In this document: piece by piece, positions 38,493-47,849 of the stretch
Layout of the letters: the number at the start of each line of letters is the position of its first letter
How positions within the stretch are numbered: position 1 is the stretch's first letter
Assembly: GCA_040755455.1 (NCBI GenBank)
Contig: JBFMAY010000029.1
Coordinates: forward strand, 1 to 49,180
Direction: 5' to 3'
DNA length: 49,180 bases
Source: Thermodesulfobacteriota bacterium
Lineage (GTDB): Bacteria > Desulfobacterota > Desulfobulbia > Desulfobulbales > SURF-16
Notes under the pieces: model-generated
What the model was told of the DNA's origin: nothing
Seen by the model: the letters and a program-made list of their open reading frames with translations, nothing else
Databases searched by the model: none
Made by a program: the position numbers and the translations under genes

Positions 38493-40601
38493 TCATTGTC
38501 CGGCCGCCCTGTCTTGCTGAAAAGGGCCAAGAAGATCCTGGCCGCATAGGCAAGGGGAAGGCAGCGATAAAACGGCTGCCTGATGAGTGCCCCGGTCGCC
38601 GGGCAGCCTGATTGCATCCGATTTTTTCCGCTCATCCAGCACGTTACGGATAGTTCGCAAAAGCTCGCTTGGTGTAATGGGTTTTAACAGGAACTCACTG
38701 ATGCCATATGTCTTGGCCTTTTCCTTGGTGATCGTCTCACTGTGTCCCGTATAAAGAATGACCGGCATAGCTGGCCTGAGTTGCAGGATCTTTCGGGAGA
38801 GCTCAATCCCTGTCATGTTCGGCATGGCCATATCGGTAATGATGAGGTCAAAATCGTCCGGATGGCTGCTGAATGCATGCCAGGCATCGTTAGCGTTGGT
38901 AAATGAGGAAACCTGATAACCGAAAGCTTCCAGGGTCTTCCAGCTATACTTCAGAATAGCTGTTTCATCATCGACAAACATGATCCGCTCCGTGCCGGTT
39001 TCAAAAGAATTCTCCATGGCAACCATCCGTTGTTCGGCGGGATGCATATCAATCATCGGGAAATAAATCCTGAAGATGCTGCCTTTGCCCACAAGGCTGT
39101 CAACCGTTATGGCCCCGCCATAGCTTTTGACGATGCCGTGAACAACGGAGAGGCCCAGTCCAGTGCCTTTGCCCAATTCTTTGGTGGTGAAATAGGGATC
39201 AAATATCTTTTCTCTTATTTCAGGGGGAATGCCGTGTCCTGTATCGCCTATTTCCAGTTCGATATAGAGACCTGCCTTTAAGTCAGGAATGACATGGTTC
39301 ATGAGGCCGGTTTTTTTCAGAGATACGCTTAGGATGCCGCCTTTTTCCTGCATGGCGTGATAGGCATTGGTGACCAGATTCATGATGACCTGATGAATAT
39401 GGGAGGGGTCAGCAAGAATATTGCAGTACTGGGCGTTGAATCTCATTTGAAAGTCAATGTTGGCCGGGATGGACGCCCGGAGGAGTTTCATGGCCTCTTT
39501 GACAACGGACTGGATGTGCACGGGAAGCAAAGCGTGATCCGTCTTGCGGCTGAAGGCCAGAATCTGATTAACCAGTTCCTTGGCCCGCAGGCCGGCTAAA
39601 ATAACCCCCTTGATATCTTCCCGGGCCGGACTGTCCGTCGGGATGCGCATTTTGGCCAGTTCGCCATATCCCAGGATCGCCGAGAGGATGTTGTTGAAAT
39701 CATGGGCGATTCCGCCTGCCAGCGTGCCGATGGCCTCCATCTTATGGGAATGGCTTATTCTTGTTTCGATTCTTTTTTGTTCCGTGATGTCTTTGGCGAT
39801 ATGGACAATGCCTTCGAGTCTGTTTTCTTCATTGACAATAGGGGAGACGGATACCTCAAAGATTCTGCCCTGGGCCTCATGGTGCATGATGCTTCTGTGG
39901 GGTTTCAGGTCCTCAATAGCTGCCAGTGTGGGACAACCCGGGCAGACGCCCAGTCCCCCACGGAAAATTTCATAACAGTGTTTGCCGACCACATCCTTCG
40001 GATCGAGACCAAACAGGGTGGTGACCGCCTGATTGACCCGTAGAATTTTCATTTCCGCATTCTGGATGCAGACAACATCGCGAATGGCATTAAAGGTTTT
40101 TTCCCATTCTTCCTTGGCATTGCGCAGCTCCTTTTCGGTCTGGATACGTTCAGCGATTTCCTGATTGATCTGCTTGTCCCGTTCCTCAAGTTTGCCGGCT
40201 AACTTCTTCACCTCGCTGACGATGGTGTACAGCTCTTTTATCTCGTCAAGTGGGTAGGAGTGATTGTAATTGCCCTGGGCAATCGACCTGATGCTGGCTA
40301 CAATCTTGCTGAGTGAATTTGCCAGCAGACGATTAAGCAGAAAATGGGTGGAAAAAAAAGTAGCGGCAACAACCAGAAACAGGATGCTGCCCATTTCAAG
40401 CGCTTCGTGCTGCCAGAATCTTTTCAAACCGTCCATGAGCAGTTGTGACTGGGCCAGGGACACTTCCCCCACCATGCCCTGCCATAAATGTTTTTGCATC
40501 AGAATGACCATGGCAATGAGTAAGCCGGCTGAAAAAAGAACCAGCCCCAGAGGGATAAGCATTACTTTCATGCGCAAGTTTAATTTCACAGCGCCCTCCA
40601 T
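38493..40601 (-). CDS. Membrane hybrid histidine kinase (2 TM, HAMP, Cys-PAS, HisKA, HATPase, REC)
   Basis: GTLAGGIAHDFNNIL, YFTTK, GTGLGL and receiver FVDDE...TDMAMP; PAS carries CYEIFRGGLGVCPGC. Confidence 0.9.
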   Translation of the reverse strand: MEGAVKLNLRMKVMLIPLGLVLFSAGLLIAMVILMQKHLWQGMVGEVSLAQSQLLMDGLKRFWQHEALEMGSILFLVVAATFFSTHFLLNRLLANSLSKIVASIRSIAQGNYNHSYPLDEIKELYTIVSEVKKLAGKLEERDKQINQEIAERIQTEKELRNAKEEWEKTFNAIRDVVCIQNAEMKILRVNQAVTTLFGLDPKDVVGKHCYEIFRGGLGVCPGCPTLAAIEDLKPHRSIMHHEAQGRIFEVSVSPIVNEENRLEGIVHIAKDITEQKRIETRISHSHKMEAIGTLAGGIAHDFNNILSAILGYGELAKMRIPTDSPAREDIKGVILAGLRAKELVNQILAFSRKTDHALLPVHIQSVVKEAMKLLRASIPANIDFQMRFNAQYCNILADPSHIHQVIMNLVTNAYHAMQEKGGILSVSLKKTGLMNHVIPDLKAGLYIELEIGDTGHGIPPEIREKIFDPYFTTKELGKGTGLGLSVVHGIVKSYGGAITVDSLVGKGSIFRIYFPMIDMHPAEQRMVAMENSFETGTERIMFVDDETAILKYSWKTLEAFGYQVSSFTNANDAWHAFSSHPDDFDLIITDMAMPNMTGIELSRKILQLRPAMPVILYTGHSETITKEKAKTYGISEFLLKPITPSELLRTIRNVLDERKKSDAIRLPGDRGTHQAAVLSLPSPCLCGQDLLGPFQQDRAAGQ

Positions 40602-40865
40602 AACAAGATAACAGGTGCAAGGGGGGGTAAAGTTGCGGCATCAGCATGGTGAAAATGCGGAGCCGCCTGGTGTCTCTCTGGGAATAGTATAGGTATATTT
40701 GCCTATAAAAGCAAAAAATATCGCTTAAGTCACGAAAATTATGTACTTTTGGTAGTATGTGCACGTCAGGCTGGTGGGGGATTTCGCTAAAAGGAGGTTG
40801 TTCGGGAGAAGGTAATTGTTAGGAATAACCCGACATAACGGGTGGTCGATGTAAATGAGGATTGA

Positions 40866-40964
40866 GGAGCCGTTACGAAATAACTTCTGGTTTGTTGCGC
40901 ATTGCGCAAGAGCTCCTTATGCCGTCTCTAACTCCTGGATGGTGATATTATTTTTTACAACGGC
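40866..40964. mobile_element. MITE-like composite repeat, copy 1
   Basis: GGAGCCGTTACGAAATAA...GCTCC-TTA-tGCCGT...TTTACAACGG; colinear with 46162-46261. Confidence 0.6.
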
Positions 40965-41504
40965 TTACTCAAGAATCTTTTCTTCGATGATGTCGTCTTC
41001 CTGTTTTTCCTGTTCGGCCTCTTTGCTTGGTGGGGGGCCGCCAAGGCTTTCAGGTTCGCCGGGAGTGTCACCTGTTGTCCCTGTTTTTTTATCTTTGCCT
41101 GCGTCGGCTTTTGTTGCCGCCAGTTTTTCTTCTTTTTCTTTGTCCGGGGAGGGCTCAGGGCCTCCTGCGTTCTCTTGTCCCTCGCCTGCTGCCGCATCAG
41201 GTGGGGGCGACTGTGCGCTGCCAGGGTCCACACAGCTGAAAACCAGGTCATAGGAGATCAGCTCAATGCCCATGACCGATTTCGGTAAAATGGTATTTCT
41301 TATGAACTTGTAATCCTTGTTCATTGTCCGGCAGAGATTGCTGGCCGTGCTGATTGTCTCGGTCTGAATATCTTTTGAGAGCCCCAGTGCATCGATTTTG
41401 TAAGTATATGAGCCTGAGGTGTTGAGCTTGGTAATGTTGGTTGCACAGCTCGTGACCGAGAGGAGGGCGATACATGATAATGGGTAGAAAAATATTTTTT
41501 TCAT
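40965..41504 (-). CDS. Hypothetical lipoprotein with a low-complexity charged tail
   Basis: MKK + hydrophobic stretch + VTSC lipobox; small two-Cys domain; P/E/K-rich tail. Confidence 0.7.
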   Translation of the reverse strand: MKKIFFYPLSCIALLSVTSCATNITKLNTSGSYTYKIDALGLSKDIQTETISTASNLCRTMNKDYKFIRNTILPKSVMGIELISYDLVFSCVDPGSAQSPPPDAAAGEGQENAGGPEPSPDKEKEEKLAATKADAGKDKKTGTTGDTPGEPESLGGPPPSKEAEQEKQEDDIIEEKILE

Positions 41505-41688
41505 TGCTGATTAGTAATCGTAAACGACTTTTCAGGGAAAGTCCGGATAGCATATGGTTTTGACAACAGGGAAGCGAGCCAAGGCGAAATGAGTGGATGA
41601 CTTTTCGTAACTATGAATAATAACGGTCTTTCATCGCTGCATAAGCAGCGGGGGGAACCGTTTTCTCCTCTTGTCGGTCTGCATGTTG

Positions 41689-42081
41689 TCAACGCCCATA
41701 TTCGTACCAGCAGGCCGCCACGATGCCCCATATAAAGTTCAGGACCAGGACCAGGACCGGGGTGAGAAGTCCGAAGCCGAGGCCGAAGGTGCCTTTTCCC
41801 ATATCAGGGAACATGCCGAAGTAAACCATGGCGGTCGGAGCCAGACTCATGAGCATTCCTCGCTGCATGATACGTCCCTTCATGACCGGCAGCAGCATGA
41901 GCAGACCCCATATGCCGCCCCACACCAGGCGCGGATATAGCCATGCCGGTCTGAATTCGGGGTGCATGGACACACCGATGAGCGCCGTAAAGCCAATCTT
42001 CCCCAGCATCCAGATATTGAAACTGTCCACCAAGGCACCGACAAGCCCCCCGGCATAAGCGCTGCTGATCCTTCTTATCAT
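41689..42081 (-). CDS. Hypothetical integral membrane protein (about 4 TM)
   Basis: Start MIRRISS after aaggat; hydrophobic; WLYPRLVWGGIWG and GFGLLTP...NFIWG. Confidence 0.7.
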   Translation of the reverse strand: MIRRISSAYAGGLVGALVDSFNIWMLGKIGFTALIGVSMHPEFRPAWLYPRLVWGGIWGLLMLLPVMKGRIMQRGMLMSLAPTAMVYFGMFPDMGKGTFGLGFGLLTPVLVLVLNFIWGIVAACWYEYGR

Positions 42082-42371
42082 TGCTGCATCCTTAAGAAAA
42101 CGATAATCTTGGCTACCGATAAAATAATATTTCAATTTTCCGGCTTGGCAGAGCATATTGAAATAAAATAAATTATCTCTTTTTGTAAAGTGTTTTGTCA
42201 AAAAAAAGGGATTCAGTCGTCAGAAACAAGAAGGAAGGCGGGGAAAAATCAGTTGCGGTAACACTTCCTGCCATCGCCTCAAGCCGTCGTGCAAAAAGAA
42301 CCGTAACATTGAAATGGCGGGCCGGAATAAGCAGCGCCGGCCTAACAGCAGGTGGTTTGTATTAGCCAAAC

Positions 42372-45300
42372 TTATCTTGCGGCGCCGGTTCCCTCCAGGG
42401 CCTTTCTGATGATATGGGCCAGTTCATTGATGAGCAGCGGCTTCATGGCATACTCTCTGATGCCTATTTTCTGGGTCTGCTCCGGCATCGGGGTGTGGCT
42501 GAAACCGGTTAGCAGGATTATCGGAATATCCGGCCGGATGGCGATCAGCTTTTTGGAGAGTTCAGTGCCGGTCATATGGGGCATCATCTGGTCCGTGATG
42601 ACCAGGTCAAACCTGTGCGGATGCATCGCAAAGAGTTTGCCTGCCTCCTGGCTGCTTGTCATGGCGGTAACGTCATAGCCGAGTTTTGTTAACATATGCT
42701 TGTTCAGTGCGACAATTGCTTCCTCGTCATCGACAAATAAGATCCTCTCCGTACCTCGCGGAATCGCATCTGCCTTTACCGTTGTTGCGGTGATTTCCTT
42801 TGTCTCAAGCATCGGCAGATAGATTTCAAAGGTGCTTCCCTTGCCAAGGGCGCTGTCAACCACTATGGCGCCGCCGAGACTTTCGACAATCCCGTGCACC
42901 AGGGCCAGTCCCATTCCTGTGCCTTCGCCAAGTTCCTTGGTGGTAAAATAGGGTTCAAAGATCCGTTCCAGCATCACCGCATCCATGCCGCAGCCTGTAT
43001 CTTTCACCCGCAGCCTGGCATAATTCCCCTCATGCAGCTTGGGATGGATGCCGGCAAGTTCGGCGGTAACCTGGATTTTTTCCAGCTCCAGCTCCAGAAC
43101 CCCCCCATGCTCCTGCATGGCATGATAGGCGTTGGTGCAGAGATTCATGACGATCTGATGCAACTCTGTCGGGTCCGCCATGATGGTGCCGCATTTTGCA
43201 TCAACATTCTCTCTGATCTGGATGGTGGCGGGAATGGATGCACGCAGAAGCTTGACCGCCTCCTTGATGATGAGATGGGCCTGCAGCGGCTGGCGCTCCT
43301 GCTCGGTCTGGCGGCTGAAGGTCAGAATCTGCCGCACCAGGTTTTTGGCGCGGTTGCCGGCCTGGAGAATCTGCTCCACGTATTCCCGCGTGTCATTATT
43401 GTTGCCCGGCTGATGCTTGAGCAGGTCGGCAAAGCCCAGGATCGCGGTAAGGATGTTGTTGAAGTCATGGGCAATGCCGCCGGCCAGGGTGCCTATTGCC
43501 TGCATTTTCTGCATCTGCCGCATCTGCTTGTGCAGGGCTGCTTTTTCTTTTTCCGCAAGTTTGTTGTCAATGCCGATGGCGATTTTGTCGGCCACCGACT
43601 CAAAGGTTTTCAGGATAAAACCGGAAAGCGGTTTTTGGGAGAACATGGCCATGACACCGACCAGCCTGTCGCCAACCAGCAGGGGATGGCCGGCAAAAGC
43701 CACCATTTTTTCCTTTCTGGCCCATTCCTGTTCCTTTATCTGCGGATCGCCGATTACCTGGTTGGTCAGATGGGGTTTGCGGGTTACGGCGATCTTGGCG
43801 ATTTTGTAATGACTGTTGAGCGGGATGCGGCCATGGGCCCCATCAAGGTGGGTGTACATGCCAGCGCTTGCCTCAAGAATGAGCAGGTTTTCCGCGGGAT
43901 GAAACAACCAGATGCGGGCAAAGGCCGCATCGAGCCGTTGCACAAATGATTCGCAGCATTTCTGCACCACCTGCCGCAAATCTTTGGCGGTGGTAATGGC
44001 CTGGCCGATATCCGAGCCAAGGGCCCACATACGTGCCTGGTTGGCCTGACTTTTTTCAACCTCCTTTCTTGCCGTGATATCACGATCCACCCCCCTATAG
44101 CCCCGGAAATTGCCATGTTGATCAAAAATCGGCACTCCGCTGCTTTCCAGCACGACAAGATGGCCATCCCTGTGGCGGTTGGTATTCTCCATGCCGGTAA
44201 ACGGCTGCCGGGCCGCGGCTATTGGCGCAAACACCGCGGCCACGCGGGCAGCCTCGTCATCAGGCATCAGGGCAAAGGGGCTTGTGCCTAAGAGTTCCCC
44301 GGGTTCATAGCCGAGCAATTCCCTTGCCTTGGGGCTGGCATAGGTGAAGTTGCCGTATTCATCCAGTTCCCATATCCAGTCGCTGGTATTTTCAATAAGG
44401 GAGCGGAACCGCTCCTCGCTTTCCCGCAGTTTTATCTCCACGGTTTTGCGGTCGGAGATATCGGTTATGGTAAAGATCGTTCCTTTCTGCTCTCCTGTCT
44501 GGCTTAAAAGAGCGGATGATGAAATAAGGGCATGGAAGGCCGTACCCGATTTACGCAGAATGCGGGCTTCCCGGAGGGTTTTGGAGAACAATTGACCGTT
44601 TACCCGCTGTTTATGCGGGTGATCACCCCCCTGGTTAACCAGTAAAAATGAAATTTTTTTGCCGACTGCCTCCTGTTCTGAGAAGCCGAGAAGCTTCTGC
44701 GCCCCCATGTTCCATGTGGTGACTATGCCGCCCGGATCGGTTGTAATGACCGCCTCCTCAATCTGGTCTATGATCTGGGCCTGCTTGCGCAGTTGCTCCA
44801 GCGGGGAGAGATCACGGATGCCCATGAGGACGCTGAGCGGTTCATCGTTTTCATCGCGGATGACCTTCACCATCACCTGAATAGGCCGTCCGGCGGGATT
44901 ATCCGGGTGATCGGCCTCCATGATGATCACCGCATCCCGCCTTTCCTTTCTTGCCTGGCAGAAAGGGCAGGGAACAGATTCTCCGGCAGGATGCATGGTT
45001 GAGCGGATGTCTTGGCCGGTTACCTGTTCACGGCTCAAGCCGACCATTTTACAGAAGGTGCGGTTGGCATGGATGATCTTGTCGTCCAGATCAAGCAGGT
45101 AGACGGCATCTTCTATGAAATCCATGGCGTAAGACCATTCGGACGCCCTTTTTGCCAGTTCCGATTCCGTCTTTTTACGTTCCTGGCTTATCCTTCTCGT
45201 GATAATTCCGTAGCTGATATCCGAGGCAAGGCCCTGCAGCAGTCCCAACTCCTGGGCGGCAAAGGAATCCTGTTCAACGGCATAGATGTTCAAGGCGCCG

Positions 45301-46109
45301 ATTGTTTTTTCATTGACGATGAACGGCAGGGAAACGGAAGAAGCGTACCCGCGTTTTTGCGCCTCAGCTCGCCAGGGAGAAAATCTGCTATCGGTCAGAA
45401 TGTTCCGGCAGGCCACGGGCCGGGCCGTGCGGATGGCGGTGCCCGTGGGGCCCTGTCCCAGCTCGTTGTCCGCCCAGACAATTTTCACCGAGTCAAGATA
45501 GTGGTCGTCAAAGCCCCAGTGCACGACCGGCTGGACCCTTTTTTCCTCGTCATCCACGGCAAAGCCGATCCAGGCCAGACGATAGCCGCCTTCTTCGACA
45601 ACAACCCGGCAGATCTGTTGCAGCATTTCCTGTTCAGTGAGGGGCCTGGCCAGAATTTTATTACATTCGCTCAGCGTTCGGAGCGCACGGTTAGCCTTGG
45701 CCAGTTCCTTGCTGGCCTTGTCGCGGCTGGTGATATCCTTGGCGGTGTAGGCCGCCTTGATCACTTTCCCGTGCTTGTCAACAATGGGGGCGGCGGTGAC
45801 CAGATAAACGCGGTCAAACAACACCATTTCCATAACTGCCGTCCGCGGTGCGGGGGACTGTTTGAGGGCTTCAAGGGGGCATCCGGCAGGAGGGGTGTCG
45901 GTACCGTGAAAGATGCGGCAGCACGTTCTGCCGACAATTTCCTTTTCGGGCAGGCCGGTGATTTTCGTTACCGCGCTGTTTGCCGCAAGAATTCTGTGGT
46001 GCAGATCGACGATCATGACAAGATCGTCCAGCGAGTTGATGGCGGAAAGCCAATCCTCGCAGGAGGGAGTTGCTTCTGATACGTGGACCGGATGTTTGCC
46101 GTTGTGCAT
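42372..46109 (-). CDS. Large soluble hybrid histidine kinase (PAS-GAF-PAS-PAS-PAS-GAF-HisKA-HATPase-REC)
   Basis: Repeated PAS ends (DIT/DIS); GAF motifs GQGPTGTAIRTA and FAGHPLLV; GGIAHDFNNIL; receiver FVDDE...TDQMMP. Confidence 0.92.
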   Translation of the reverse strand: MHNGKHPVHVSEATPSCEDWLSAINSLDDLVMIVDLHHRILAANSAVTKITGLPEKEIVGRTCCRIFHGTDTPPAGCPLEALKQSPAPRTAVMEMVLFDRVYLVTAAPIVDKHGKVIKAAYTAKDITSRDKASKELAKANRALRTLSECNKILARPLTEQEMLQQICRVVVEEGGYRLAWIGFAVDDEEKRVQPVVHWGFDDHYLDSVKIVWADNELGQGPTGTAIRTARPVACRNILTDSRFSPWRAEAQKRGYASSVSLPFIVNEKTIGALNIYAVEQDSFAAQELGLLQGLASDISYGIITRRISQERKKTESELAKRASEWSYAMDFIEDAVYLLDLDDKIIHANRTFCKMVGLSREQVTGQDIRSTMHPAGESVPCPFCQARKERRDAVIIMEADHPDNPAGRPIQVMVKVIRDENDEPLSVLMGIRDLSPLEQLRKQAQIIDQIEEAVITTDPGGIVTTWNMGAQKLLGFSEQEAVGKKISFLLVNQGGDHPHKQRVNGQLFSKTLREARILRKSGTAFHALISSSALLSQTGEQKGTIFTITDISDRKTVEIKLRESEERFRSLIENTSDWIWELDEYGNFTYASPKARELLGYEPGELLGTSPFALMPDDEAARVAAVFAPIAAARQPFTGMENTNRHRDGHLVVLESSGVPIFDQHGNFRGYRGVDRDITARKEVEKSQANQARMWALGSDIGQAITTAKDLRQVVQKCCESFVQRLDAAFARIWLFHPAENLLILEASAGMYTHLDGAHGRIPLNSHYKIAKIAVTRKPHLTNQVIGDPQIKEQEWARKEKMVAFAGHPLLVGDRLVGVMAMFSQKPLSGFILKTFESVADKIAIGIDNKLAEKEKAALHKQMRQMQKMQAIGTLAGGIAHDFNNILTAILGFADLLKHQPGNNNDTREYVEQILQAGNRAKNLVRQILTFSRQTEQERQPLQAHLIIKEAVKLLRASIPATIQIRENVDAKCGTIMADPTELHQIVMNLCTNAYHAMQEHGGVLELELEKIQVTAELAGIHPKLHEGNYARLRVKDTGCGMDAVMLERIFEPYFTTKELGEGTGMGLALVHGIVESLGGAIVVDSALGKGSTFEIYLPMLETKEITATTVKADAIPRGTERILFVDDEEAIVALNKHMLTKLGYDVTAMTSSQEAGKLFAMHPHRFDLVITDQMMPHMTGTELSKKLIAIRPDIPIILLTGFSHTPMPEQTQKIGIREYAMKPLLINELAHIIRKALEGTGAAR

Positions 46110-46161
46110 GCGATTTCCCGGGATGATGCCGGAGCAGGAGTTGAGCAGCGGTTCGATTTTA

Positions 46162-46261
46162 GGAGCCGTTACGAAATAATTTGTCTCTTTATAACTGTTT
46201 CGTTACGGCTCCTTAAGCCGTTCTAGACATTCATATGGCCATGTAATTTGTTTACAACGGT
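46162..46261. mobile_element. MITE-like composite repeat, copy 2
   Basis: TTA|GGAGCCGTTACGAAATA...TGTTTCGTTACGGCTCC|TTA (51 bp, 17-bp inverted repeat with 2 mismatches), then a second inverted-repeat unit AGCCGTTCTAGACA...TGTTTACAACGGTT. Confidence 0.65.
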
Positions 46262-46384
46262 TCAGCTCCATCTTAGCAGAAAATGATTACGGATTGTAGT
46301 GGTTATGTCGCGGCAGGGTTATTTTTTCCTGCGCTGTGACGCAGGCAGGTGGTTGCCGCTGTGCAGCGACAAGCAGGAGGGAAA

Positions 46385-46693
46385 CTATTTGAATTCAAAC
46401 ACCAGCTCGTTTTTTTTGAGCAGGTCGTATTCCTGGCGGGCCAACTCTTCCAGGTAGGCCGGATCATTTTTAATTTTGTCGATTTTTTGCTGGAGCTGCC
46501 GGTTCTCTTCTTTTAACAGGTCGTTTTCAGCTTTTACCGCCTCGATCTGTTTCTTTAAATGGTAATATGTTAAAATCCCGTTGGGAGAAAAAATCAGCCA
46601 GGCAGCCGCTGCGCTCACTGATAGAATACTGACCAGAATGAGCGTCCGTAATTCCTTGCTGTTTAACTGTTTAATAATTTTCTTCAGATCCAT
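46385..46693 (-). CDS. ftsB: Septum formation initiator FtsB/DivIC
   Basis: One TM, a coiled coil, and DPAYLEELARQEYDLLKKNELVF. Confidence 0.88.
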   Translation of the reverse strand: MDLKKIIKQLNSKELRTLILVSILSVSAAAAWLIFSPNGILTYYHLKKQIEAVKAENDLLKEENRQLQQKIDKIKNDPAYLEELARQEYDLLKKNELVFEFK

Positions 46694-46726
46694 GTAATCA
46701 ACATTCTTATTTTATGTGAAAAGCAA

Positions 46727-47182
46727 ATGGTAAACCAAAGCCAGGAAAAGGAAAAGACAATTTTGCATGAGAAGCCGGGGCTTTACCTGGTGAGCGCCTG
46801 TCTGCTTGGCCTGCGGACCAGATATGACGGCGAATTAAAGCCCTGTGAGGCGTGCCGGCTGAAGGTAAAAAACAACGCTCTTTGGATACCCGTCTGCCCG
46901 GAACAGCTCGGCGGACTGCCCACTCCCCGGCCGGCGGCGGATATCGTCGGCGGCGACGGTTATGATGTGCTGGCCGGCCGGGCCGCGGTGGTCACCAGGG
47001 AGGGAGAAGACGTTACCGCCCGTTTTCTGCTGGGCGCCCGCCAGGTTCTGGCAATTGCCATGGCGCAACGGATCACCGCCGTGCTGCTCAAGTCCCGCAG
47101 CCCCTCCTGCGGCTTGACCCCGAGATTCGGCGTTACCGCCGCCCTGCTCGAGCAGAATGGTTTTGTCCTGCAGGAGTTCTGA
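46727..47182 (+). CDS. DUF523 / 2-thiouracil desulfurase family protein
   Basis: VSACLLG..TRYDG, PVCPEQLGGLPTPR and LKSRSPSCG. Confidence 0.9.
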   Translation: MVNQSQEKEKTILHEKPGLYLVSACLLGLRTRYDGELKPCEACRLKVKNNALWIPVCPEQLGGLPTPRPAADIVGGDGYDVLAGRAAVVTREGEDVTARFLLGARQVLAIAMAQRITAVLLKSRSPSCGLTPRFGVTAALLEQNGFVLQEF

Positions 47183-47203
47183 GCAGGGGCGGTTTTCACC
47201 CGC

Positions 47204-47581
47204 TTATTTCTGATACCAGGTGCCATCCGGCTTCTGCAGCCAGGTGCCGGACGACGCCTGCCCGGCAATCTGCAGGGCGCGGCGGGAGCCGACCAGATCC
47301 GCGTCCGCCCCCTGCTGTTTGGCGATGGCGGCATAGACCTTGCGGCGGTCGTCGTTTTCCTCATTTACCAGGGCTGCCCGGCTGTTGTCGGCCTTTCTGA
47401 ACTCCAGATACCCGGATTTGTTTTCGCCGATAACTCCCTGGGCTTTTAAAGCGGCAAGGGCCGGCAGCCTTGCCTTCATGCGGTCTTTGATTTCATCGTT
47501 CGCCTGGCAGGTGCCGGAAAGCAGCAATGAGATTAGCAGCAGAAAGAGGATAACAGACCGGCTGTGAAAGAGCGTGTACAT
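47204..47581 (-). CDS. ydbL: YdbL / DUF1318 family exported protein
   Basis: LKAQGVIGENKSGYL, ENDDRRKVYAAIA and GTWLQKPDGTW. Confidence 0.85.
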   Translation of the reverse strand: MYTLFHSRSVILFLLLISLLLSGTCQANDEIKDRMKARLPALAALKAQGVIGENKSGYLEFRKADNSRAALVNEENDDRRKVYAAIAKQQGADADLVGSRRALQIAGQASSGTWLQKPDGTWYQK

Positions 47582-47596
47582 GGAAAATCTCCTTGT

Positions 47597-47800
47597 TTAC
47601 TGTTGCGCCTTGTCGATGTCTTCAAAGAAATTATCAAGCGCCTTGTCAACCTTGATGTTGATATCAATGGTGATATGTATCGGTTTTATTTCAACCGGCG
47701 CAACCTGCACCTCATGGCGGGAGTCGATTTCATGTTTTGTGCAGGCGCACAGGAGGAAGAGCGAGGGGATAAGAAGCAGCGTCTTTTTGGCAAACATCAT
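47597..47800 (-). CDS. ynbE: YnbE-like small lipoprotein
   Basis: Lipobox LCAC; KPIHITIDINIKVD; located between ydbH and ydbL. Confidence 0.8.
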   Translation of the reverse strand: MMFAKKTLLLIPSLFLLCACTKHEIDSRHEVQVAPVEIKPIHITIDINIKVDKALDNFFEDIDKAQQ

Positions 47801-47849
47801 GTGACTCCTGTCCGGGCGGCTGATGGAAAAATGCCCGGGAAACGCTTTG

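Noticed and set aside
41506..41617. ctgattagtaat ... gtaactatgaa as degenerate ends of a small mobile element
   Set aside because: Too many mismatches and no second copy in the window.
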